Origin: an uncultured Lachnospiraceae bacterium
Lineage (GTDB): Bacteria > Bacillota > Clostridia > Oscillospirales > CAG-272
Direction: 5' to 3'
Assembly: GCA_964498965.1 (NCBI GenBank)
Contig: CAZCJU010000002.1
Span: 3,798-67,797 of the forward strand
Length of the DNA stretch: 64,000 nucleotides
Every line of letters begins with the position of its first letter. The stretch's first letter is position 1. The notes below the pieces were generated by a model. It was not told where the DNA came from and ran no database searches. It saw only the letters and a program-made list of their open reading frames with translations. Both the position numbers and the translations under genes were made by a program. This document shows positions 56,984 to 64,000 of the stretch, piece after piece.

Positions 56984-57930
56984 CTGTCGATACCTCCGGA
57001 ATAACCTCTACCGTCATAGAGCTGTTTATCGTACTTGCGGTGGGTTATGCCGCGTATAAGCTGAAATTTATGGACGACGCATTTTTGAAAAAGATCTCGA
57101 ATTTCGTAATATGTGTCGCAAATCCGTTTATGATACTCGGCGGCTTGCTCGGCGAGGAAAAATCACCGGAAAATTTGAAAAAAGGCTTCACCGTGCTTGC
57201 CGTTGCATTCGTCGTTTTCCTGATCTGCGGCGTTATTGCGTATCTGTCATGTGCGTGGTTCAAGGACTACGACAAGCGGAAGATCGGCGAATTTTCGACG
57301 ATATTCTCAAATTGCGGCTTTATGGGCTTTCCCGTTTTGTACGCCGCAATGGGAAGCCGCGGAAAGTTTTATTGTGCGTTCTTCTTGGTCGCCTTTAATC
57401 TCGTGCTTTGGACTTACGGTATATCCGTTATGGCACGCAAAAGACCGGATATCAAACGAAATCTTCTGAACACGTTCTTTAATTTCGGTACGGTGCCGTG
57501 TTTCATCGGGATCATACTGTACATAATTCCGTATGATTTGCCCGTTGCTTTGACAGACGCATTCGATATGATGGGAGGCATTTGTACTCCGTTCGCGATG
57601 TTCATCATCGGCGGCTTGCTTGCGTCCGTTCCCTTGAAAAAACTGTTTAATGAGCCTAAAGTCTATTATCTCGGCTTTGTGAAGCTTATCTTTTTGCCGC
57701 TCATCATTGCGGTATTATGCAAATGCGTCGGTATGAGCGAGGAATTTGTCTACTTTTTTACGCTCATGGTGGCAATGCCGTCGGCATCGAATACCGCTAT
57801 GTACGCCGAAAAATACGATATAGTACCCGTTTTCGGTGCAACGATTGCCGGAATGTCTACCGCAATGTCGGTGATAACGATCCCGCTCGTTGTAAAATTG
57901 ACCGAATTGCTTATAAATTTAAAAATATGA
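56980..57930 (+). CDS. AEC (auxin efflux carrier) family transporter
   Basis: The 316-aa protein has about 10 TM helices, and its size and hydrophobic pattern fit the AEC family. It overlaps the previous gene by 4 nt. Confidence 0.7.
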   Translation: MTVDTSGITSTVIELFIVLAVGYAAYKLKFMDDAFLKKISNFVICVANPFMILGGLLGEEKSPENLKKGFTVLAVAFVVFLICGVIAYLSCAWFKDYDKRKIGEFSTIFSNCGFMGFPVLYAAMGSRGKFYCAFFLVAFNLVLWTYGISVMARKRPDIKRNLLNTFFNFGTVPCFIGIILYIIPYDLPVALTDAFDMMGGICTPFAMFIIGGLLASVPLKKLFNEPKVYYLGFVKLIFLPLIIAVLCKCVGMSEEFVYFFTLMVAMPSASNTAMYAEKYDIVPVFGATIAGMSTAMSVITIPLVVKLTELLINLKI

Positions 57931-57991
57931 TTGACTTTTTCACCAAAATGTGATAGAATAGTGCAAAGAAAAGCGGAAAGGAATTACGCAT

Positions 57992-59500
57992 ATGAAAAAA
58001 ACCAAAGCATTTATCTGCGTTGTTGTCGCCGTGCTTATGATGACCTCGTGCTTCTTTGTATCGTGCGGTACCGGCGATGATAAACCGACAGATGCCGTCA
58101 CCGTTCAGCCGAAGAACGAAAACGAGGAAACTTATTTCATTCCGGAAACAAAATACAATGCCGAAATAACGATTTTGTGTCCGAATAACGACAGCGAGTG
58201 GTCGTGCAACGATTTCTACCAGGAAACCGACAGCCAAGACCCCGTGCCGAATGCAGTGTATCAGAGAAATAATCTGATCGAAAACACGTTCGGAGTGACG
58301 ATCAAAACAAAAGAAAACGTTTCGAGAACTTCGATCAACCAGTATGTTATGAATTCATATAACTCCGGCGATATGGATTACGACATAGTAATGCAAACGG
58401 TCAACAGATGCTATACGCTTGCTCAAAGCGGATATCTTATGAACCTCGACGATGTCGAGAATTTGGATCTTACCTCGGAAGCGTGGGATCAGTCGTATCT
58501 CGCACAAACATCGATAGGTAACCAAAACTATTTCGCTACAGGCGAAATAACGACAATGGATAACGACGCAACGTGGGTCATGATGTTCAATAAGAAGCTC
58601 GCCGAAAAACGTAACCTCTCCGATATGTACGACGGTCAAAGCATATACGACCTCGTTAAAGCGGGAAAATGGACAATGGATACGTTGCTTGCAATGGCTA
58701 AGGACGTTTACGAGGACACCGATAATAACGGTCAGATAAGCTCGGGCGACAGCTTCGGTATTGCTACCACGATCGACTTTATCCAAGGTCTGTTTTACGG
58801 TGCAAACGCAAAGCTCGTTGTTAAGGACGATAACGACGAACCCCAACTGAGTTTCTATAACAAAACCAACCTCAATGTCATCGAAAAAATAATCGAAATT
58901 TATTACAGTGCAAATAAGGTGACTTTCGATTGCCATGACTACATAAGCGAAAATCCTCAGGCACACCTTATCGCTCAGGAAATGTTTGAATCCGACAGAG
59001 CGTTGTTCTATTCGGAGGTAATGCAGTGCGTTATAAGACTTCGCGAAATGGATACGGATTTCGGTATAATCCCCGTTCCGAAGTTCAGCGAAACGCAGAA
59101 AAACTATACCACTCACTCGGTAGCCGACGTTACTCTGTGCTGCTGCTTCCCGAAGATACTCGAAAAGGATAGTTCGAGAGTGGCTATGTCCGGTGCTATC
59201 GCTCAGGCATTGGCGGTAGAGGGCAAAAACATACTTACACCCGCATATTACGAAAGATCGATCATAGGTAAGGGTGCAAGAGATGACGAATCACTCGAAA
59301 TGCTCGAAATAATATTTAAAAATCGTACCGCAGATCTCGGCTACATAACCGGAAACGACGATATATCATCGCTGATGTCCGGTATGCGCAGCAATATAAA
59401 GGCGGGAAAGAGCGATTTGGCTTCCTTGGTAAGAAGATACGAATCTCGTGTTAAAAGGGCACTTGTCGAGATGACCGAAAGCTTTGAAAATGTAGATTAA
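57992..59500 (+). CDS. lipoprotein, ABC-transporter extracellular solute-binding protein-like (large LplA/LipO type)
   Basis: The 502-aa ORF has a lipoprotein signal (VAVLMMTSCFFVSC-GTG). Its size and internal pattern (...DTDNNGQISSGDSFGIAT...) resemble family-1 sugar-binding lipoproteins. No permease or ATPase genes lie adjacent. Confidence 0.55.
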   Translation: MKKTKAFICVVVAVLMMTSCFFVSCGTGDDKPTDAVTVQPKNENEETYFIPETKYNAEITILCPNNDSEWSCNDFYQETDSQDPVPNAVYQRNNLIENTFGVTIKTKENVSRTSINQYVMNSYNSGDMDYDIVMQTVNRCYTLAQSGYLMNLDDVENLDLTSEAWDQSYLAQTSIGNQNYFATGEITTMDNDATWVMMFNKKLAEKRNLSDMYDGQSIYDLVKAGKWTMDTLLAMAKDVYEDTDNNGQISSGDSFGIATTIDFIQGLFYGANAKLVVKDDNDEPQLSFYNKTNLNVIEKIIEIYYSANKVTFDCHDYISENPQAHLIAQEMFESDRALFYSEVMQCVIRLREMDTDFGIIPVPKFSETQKNYTTHSVADVTLCCCFPKILEKDSSRVAMSGAIAQALAVEGKNILTPAYYERSIIGKGARDDESLEMLEIIFKNRTADLGYITGNDDISSLMSGMRSNIKAGKSDLASLVRRYESRVKRALVEMTESFENVD

Positions 59501-59512
59501 ATATTAGGTTTG

Positions 59513-59544
59513 AAAAAAATACCGCTTCGGCGGTATTTTTTTTG
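59513..59544 (+). terminator. rho-independent terminator
   Basis: An A7 run precedes the stem ataccgc-ttcg-gcggtat, which is followed by T8. Confidence 0.75.
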
Positions 59545-59672
59545 CAAATAGGGCAATACTCGTATAGCTTAATAAGGTACAGCGTTTATCAATGCAATTA
59601 CGGTATACCGTATTTTAATACCCGAATGTCGCTTGATATATCGCCGTGCCGAAAACACTTAGGAGGTATTGT

Positions 59673-60122
59673 ATGTTTAATCAAAAAGAATGCGGATTGT
59701 TGCAGGACTTGAAAAAGAAAGAGGAGCTTTGCATCGAAAAGTATACAAAGTATGAGCATAATGCCGCAAACGAAAAATTAAAGGGACTTATGAGCAAATT
59801 GGCTCAGGATGAAAGGGAACACCTTAAGACTGTTAATTCGATCATTAATTCCAATGTTCCGCCCGTTCCGCAGACGAAAAAAGCCGCATCGCCACAGCCC
59901 GTTGCGGGATATACGAACGGTAGCCCGGAATATATCAACGATAAATTCATTCTCGAAGATCTGCTTTCAACGGAAAAATATGTATCCTCGGTGTATGATA
60001 CAAGCGTATTCGAATTCAAAGACGTAAACGTAAGAGCAAATCTGAATCATATCCAAACCGAGGAACAACAGCACGGTGAAATGCTCTATTCTTATATGGC
60101 ACAGAACGGAATGTATAACTGA
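59673..60122 (+). CDS. spore coat protein, CotF (Coat_F) family
   Basis: I shortened the track ORF 59646-60122 to the ATG at 59673, which lies 6 nt after AGGAGG. The product starts MFNQKECGLLQDLKKKEELCIEKYTKYEHNA...DEREHL and has a second ferritin-like half containing EEQQHGE. Confidence 0.7.
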   Translation: MFNQKECGLLQDLKKKEELCIEKYTKYEHNAANEKLKGLMSKLAQDEREHLKTVNSIINSNVPPVPQTKKAASPQPVAGYTNGSPEYINDKFILEDLLSTEKYVSSVYDTSVFEFKDVNVRANLNHIQTEEQQHGEMLYSYMAQNGMYN

Positions 60123-60127
60123 AAATG

Positions 60128-60165
60128 AAAAACGAGCAGGAGAAGATTCTCCTGCTCGTTTGATT
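60128..60165. terminator. rho-independent terminator between convergent genes (strongest for the minus-strand gene)
   Basis: The perfect 13-bp stem is aacgagcaggaga / tctcctgctcgtt. On the minus strand it is followed by tttttcatttt. Confidence 0.7.
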
Positions 60166-60170
60166 GATGA

Positions 60171-62984
60171 TCAGTTTGCGGATCTCGCCGCATTTACCAT
60201 CATTACTATGTCGTTGAAGTTGTATGCCGAATCACCGCTTATGTCTATTGCTTCTTTATAATCAACGGCTGTACCCGATGTAACGAATTTTTCTGCCATG
60301 AGTATATCGTTTGCCGTGCAGATTCCGTCACCGTCAAGGTCACCCTCAACTATGATGATAACCGTATCTACAAGATCGTCACCGTCGTAACGGAGAGCCT
60401 TAAAGCCCGTGCCGACAACACCGGTTGCGGCATTTCCGTTTCTGTCCACTATCTTGCAGGTTTCGTTGAACATTGCGGCTACATCTTCGGCTGTGGACTT
60501 GAATCCGAAGCCCTTTGCGACCGCCTTATCACTGCGGCTGACGGTAATGCCCGAGCTGTCTTTAGCTGTCAGCTGAAGATCTGCGGCACTTGCCTTGATT
60601 GCAATTGTAACGGAACCGATATACTTGTAAGTACCGTTTTCAAGTAATGCACGTGTCGTGAATGTATGCTCGCCGATGGAAAGCGAAGAAGAATCGTAAT
60701 CGATGTAGTATGCGTGGGTTACACTGCTGTCCGCTATGTAGCTCGAATATGCCGCTATAACATCGGTACGTACTACGTTGGGAAGCACCATTGCTTCACC
60801 GTCATCTACAATAAGCTCGAATTGCTTGATAACGAGGTTGGAAGCTCCCCACCCCTTAACGGCAACGGTTTCGCCGCGTCTTACGGATGTCGAATCGGTG
60901 GGAGAGTCGTAGTGGCTATGGAATTCCGTTGCGGCGATGATCGTTATCTTTACCGTTTTGTCTACGGAATCGTTATCGGTGTCTTTGAAAAGAACTATCT
61001 TATATGAACCTGCCGCCATCGTCCTCGATGTCGATTTTGTTCCGTCGAGAAGATTTACATCAACACCGCTGTTGGAGCCGACTTTCACGGAGTAGAAAGG
61101 AGTCGCCGTCGATACGGTGTCACTTTCAAGGAACAAACCTACCCATGCGTTGGGGTTTTTGCTCGTCGCCTTAATTACGATGCCGTCGCCCAGCTCGTAG
61201 GAAGTGTTGTTTGTCGTAAGACTCGAATCGGGGTCGCGAATGATTACACCTGCCGTACCTACGGTGAACTTGTCACCCGATACGGGATATGCGTAGATGT
61301 AAAGCAAATGTGTGCCGATCGAAAGGGAAGAAGTGGAAACGGTATCGTTAAAACCGTTTACGCTCGCACATGATGTTGCGTAATCGGGATATGCGTTGAG
61401 TACGTCGGTTCTGTGCTGTGTAGCAAGAACGGTTTCTTCTCCGCCGTCATAGCAGTATGTGAACTTGCTTATACCGGAAGCGTGAAGTCCCCAGCCTCTC
61501 ACATCGAAGCCCGTACCCTGGTTTACATATTTGGTGCTTGTAGGCTCGTCGAGGCAAGCGAGATTTGCATTTGTAAGTGTGATGTCGATCACATCGCTGT
61601 AGGTGTAGCCCTCGTCGATAAACAGCATGAGCTTATATGAACCGGGAGTGAGATCTCCTCTGCTGTTCGTCTTTCCTTGGGAGATAAGATCGAATGTGGT
61701 TTCCGTCGAACCCATTTCATACCATACGTAGGAAGCAACGTCGCCGGGAACGTCTGTCGAAGCGAACAGACCTACCCAAGCCTTGGAATTGTCACCCTTT
61801 GCGGTTATCACCATGCTGTCGTTTACCGCATATGTTGAGGCGTGACCGTCGGCAAGCTTCATCCATGTTGTGCCGGAGGCGGGGAATACGTGAAGCGTAA
61901 GTGTACCTACGTTGAACACGTCGCCCTTCGGCGAAACGCCTCTTATCGCAATAGAATGTGTACCGGAGGTGAGACCGGCAAGAGAAATCTCCTGATTGTA
62001 TGCGTTTACACCGGTGCCTACGCAGTTGGGGTATTGTGCTTTCGTTGCGTTTTCAACGTCCGTGCGGTATTCGCCGTCAAGCAAGCCCCATGCGGTATTG
62101 TCCAAATTCCATTCGAAATGGTCAACACCGTTCGTATGAACACCCCAGCCCTTGAGTACGAATGTGTCGTCGGATTCTCCGCCGTTGTTCGCACCCTTGC
62201 GTACGGACTTAATGTTCGTAACCGCGGCGTTTTGCTTGGATACGGAACCCGAGTCGCTCGTGTCTATTGTCGAAATGTAATTGGCTGTGGCAACCGAATC
62301 ACCGCTCGTATATGCGGGCTTGCATATGTAAACTATGTAAGTGTTCGATATTGAGTAGGATTTTGCCGCAACCGCACCGCCGTTTGTGGATATTGTGGCG
62401 GACGAGGTGTTACCCTCGACTGTGTATACCGTGCCGTTCGAGTAGCTCGTTACGATACCGATGTGATTCGTCGGGTTGGAGTTACGTGACGACTTGAAGT
62501 ATATGATATCACCCGCAATGGGAGTGTAGGAACCTGCCGCCACGGTAGCACGCGAATACGCTTGACCTTTATTCTGAAACCAGCTCAAGCCTGAGGGCGT
62601 GTAGGAGTGCGAGGGAACTATCGAGGTCGATACGCCGGCTACGTGTGCACACCACGAAACGAACATTGCGCACCACATATCCTGCAAGCCGTACCAACGA
62701 CCGTACTCGGTGTAGTTGTTATTGCCTCTTACCGTACCGGAGAGCTGTGAAGAGCTGCTACCCTCCTGGTAGCCCACCTGCGATTTAGCCACGTTCACAA
62801 TGTCAACACGCTGATTGCCCGTTTTTGTAACGGATACAAGATTAGAATAATACGGTCCGCTCATATAAGAGGAGGAACCGGAATAGGAAATAGCCGATGA
62901 CTGCATCGGAACAATCGATGCGATCATCATAACTGTAAGTATAACGGCAAGAACCCTCTTACCGAATACATGACCGGATTTCAT
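60171..62984 (-). CDS. secreted CHAP-domain peptidoglycan hydrolase with alternating repeated domains and a C-terminal dockerin
   Basis: I prefer the ATG at 62982-62984 (MKSGHVFGKRVLAVILTVMMIASIVPMQSSA, a signal peptide). The CHAP motifs are YGRWYGLQDMWCAMFVSWCAHVAG and GDIIYF...NHIGIV...VEGNTS. The C-terminus carries two Ca-binding dockerin loops (GDLDGDGICTANDILMAEKF and DISGDSAYNFNDIVMMVN). Confidence 0.8.
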   Translation of the reverse strand: MKSGHVFGKRVLAVILTVMMIASIVPMQSSAISYSGSSSYMSGPYYSNLVSVTKTGNQRVDIVNVAKSQVGYQEGSSSSQLSGTVRGNNNYTEYGRWYGLQDMWCAMFVSWCAHVAGVSTSIVPSHSYTPSGLSWFQNKGQAYSRATVAAGSYTPIAGDIIYFKSSRNSNPTNHIGIVTSYSNGTVYTVEGNTSSATISTNGGAVAAKSYSISNTYIVYICKPAYTSGDSVATANYISTIDTSDSGSVSKQNAAVTNIKSVRKGANNGGESDDTFVLKGWGVHTNGVDHFEWNLDNTAWGLLDGEYRTDVENATKAQYPNCVGTGVNAYNQEISLAGLTSGTHSIAIRGVSPKGDVFNVGTLTLHVFPASGTTWMKLADGHASTYAVNDSMVITAKGDNSKAWVGLFASTDVPGDVASYVWYEMGSTETTFDLISQGKTNSRGDLTPGSYKLMLFIDEGYTYSDVIDITLTNANLACLDEPTSTKYVNQGTGFDVRGWGLHASGISKFTYCYDGGEETVLATQHRTDVLNAYPDYATSCASVNGFNDTVSTSSLSIGTHLLYIYAYPVSGDKFTVGTAGVIIRDPDSSLTTNNTSYELGDGIVIKATSKNPNAWVGLFLESDTVSTATPFYSVKVGSNSGVDVNLLDGTKSTSRTMAAGSYKIVLFKDTDNDSVDKTVKITIIAATEFHSHYDSPTDSTSVRRGETVAVKGWGASNLVIKQFELIVDDGEAMVLPNVVRTDVIAAYSSYIADSSVTHAYYIDYDSSSLSIGEHTFTTRALLENGTYKYIGSVTIAIKASAADLQLTAKDSSGITVSRSDKAVAKGFGFKSTAEDVAAMFNETCKIVDRNGNAATGVVGTGFKALRYDGDDLVDTVIIIVEGDLDGDGICTANDILMAEKFVTSGTAVDYKEAIDISGDSAYNFNDIVMMVNAARSAN

Positions 62985-63061
62985 AATATCTCCGCCTTTC
63001 GTTAATCTCGGTTTGCAATTTATATTCGACACAATATAAATCAAACCATTCTACCGACACC

Positions 63062-63090
63062 ATTATACCACACGTTTTGTAATAAGTCAA
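63062..63090 (-). promoter_or_regulatory. sigma-A-type promoter (extended -10) for the CHAP-dockerin gene
   Basis: On the minus strand: TTGACT (63085-63090), a 17-nt spacer, then TGgTATAAT (-10 at 63062-67). It lies about 75 nt upstream of the start codon. Confidence 0.55.
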
Positions 63091-63158
63091 CAGATTATCG
63101 AACGTCAAATCGCACAAAAATGAACCCTCGAATTTGTGCATAATGCACAAAAGCCCGT

Positions 63159-63869
63159 CTATTCCATTATATAACCGATTCCTCTGACCGTTTTGATGAC
63201 GATCGGTATGCCGGATTTTTTCAATTTGTTGCGGAGATAATTTATGTACACGTCGCATATGTTCGTGCCGCTTCCGCATTTCCATACAGTGCCGATCAGC
63301 TCGTTGCGTGTCAAAACTTTTCCTCTGTTTTCGTACAGTACGGCGAAAAGCTCGAATTCTCTCGGCGACAAGCCGCATTTTTTGCCGTTTGCCGTGACGG
63401 TGAACAGCTTGTCATCGATCAATAACCGAGTGATCGTTTCTTCGCCGTCCGTCGTACATTCCGCTCCTTTTTTCGGAAACAACGCCGAATATAAGGTGCT
63501 TAAAAATTCATCGACCGAAAACGGCGTGCGAAAAAAATCGTGCATATGAACGTATTGTGCGGCACTGACCGGACTTGCTCCTCTGCCGTAAAGAATAAAA
63601 TCAATATCGTTTCTTTCCAAATTGCCGAGCAGCTTTTGAAGATTTCTTTCGTCACGACGTTCTATGGCATCCGATTCCCCGATAAAAAACCTTTCGCAGT
63701 CCTGTAATTTCGTGAAGATAAGCTCGTAAAGAACCTGCAATGCATTTTCCTTCTGAGCGTTGACGGTATATATGTTGAAATCTCCCAAATGCTCGAGCAG
63801 CTCTTTGCATTCGAGCTTAAGCATTTTAACAAAGCTCCCATCCGAGCCGTATATAATAATATTTTTCAT
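63159..63869 (-). CDS. OmpR/PhoB-family winged-helix transcriptional regulator with an atypical receiver-like N-domain
   Basis: The C-terminus of this 236-aa ORF has the Trans_reg_C pattern (LSPREFELFAVLYENRGKVLTRNELIGTVW...VYINYLRNKL...IKTVRGIGYIME). The N-terminal ~120 aa has receiver-like spacing, but I cannot find the conserved acidic pocket or the phospho-Asp. Confidence 0.7.
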   Translation of the reverse strand: MKNIIIYGSDGSFVKMLKLECKELLEHLGDFNIYTVNAQKENALQVLYELIFTKLQDCERFFIGESDAIERRDERNLQKLLGNLERNDIDFILYGRGASPVSAAQYVHMHDFFRTPFSVDEFLSTLYSALFPKKGAECTTDGEETITRLLIDDKLFTVTANGKKCGLSPREFELFAVLYENRGKVLTRNELIGTVWKCGSGTNICDVYINYLRNKLKKSGIPIVIKTVRGIGYIME

Positions 63870-64000
63870 TTGTATTTCCTTGTTTCATTGCGGTGATGCC
63901 CGCTTATGCTGTCGGCATATGCGTTGTCGTAAATGTGTTGTGCGGATCTCTTGCTCTATTATACATATTTTCGTTGTTTTGTCAATTGATTGACAAAACA

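Noticed and set aside
62985-63044. The 20-codon extension upstream of the CHAP-dockerin start (MIYIVSNINCKPRLTKGGDI).
   Set aside because: The ATG at 62984 is preceded by an AAAGGCGGAG RBS and begins a canonical signal peptide. The extension would run into the predicted promoter.
1-64000. A mobile element, prophage, genomic island or defence island.
   Set aside because: I found no integrase, transposase, recombinase, restriction-modification, toxin-antitoxin or Cas-like proteins among the translations. The single tRNA is not flanked by direct repeats that I could see. Gene content is core-like throughout.

Overview
This is a chromosomal, mostly housekeeping 64-kb window from a Gram-positive anaerobe of the class Clostridia. 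That placement is inferred from gene content: spoVG, a SpoVB-like flippase, CotH, CotF, DUF1540, a PASTA kinase and a class B sortase. One secreted protein ends in a dockerin module, which hints at a Ruminococcus-like Oscillospiraceae lineage, but taxonomy cannot be proven from the window. I can support about 53 CDS, one tRNA-Glu(CUC), several sigma-A-type promoters, several rho-independent terminators and two tandem-repeat loci. I saw no rRNA, CRISPR array, transposase, integrase or phage genes. The backbone consists of three parts. The first is the conserved Firmicutes block yicC-remA-gmk-rpoZ-priA-def-fmt-(Zn peptidase)-rsmB-rlmN-stp-prkC-rsgA on the + strand (24.1-36.9 kb). The second is tig-clpP-clpX on the - strand (37.2-40.4 kb). 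The third is a set of scattered genes: murC, proS, a rodA-like gene, a metY-like gene, nadE, murQ, hppA, rlmB and others. These are the loci most worth a second look. (1) A self-contained operon at 16.9-20.8 kb encodes a fused double-DUF1538 membrane protein, a fused tandem PII-like protein and an orphan 566-aa membrane-anchored protein; none has an assigned function. (2) A degenerate P1B-type P-type-ATPase homologue at 52.3-54.9 kb has lost its catalytic signatures, carries a ~275-aa acidic N-terminal extension, and is translationally coupled to rlmB. (3) A 1193-aa surface protein contains a G8 homopolymer, a near-perfect 234-bp tandem duplication and a PPQTA-type sorting-signal-like tail; a class B sortase is present elsewhere in the window. 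(4) A CHAP-domain cell-wall hydrolase with alternating unknown domains and a C-terminal dockerin sits downstream of an atypical OmpR-family regulator and an array of TTTGTGC half-sites. All functional calls come from reading the supplied translations and DNA by eye; no database search was run.
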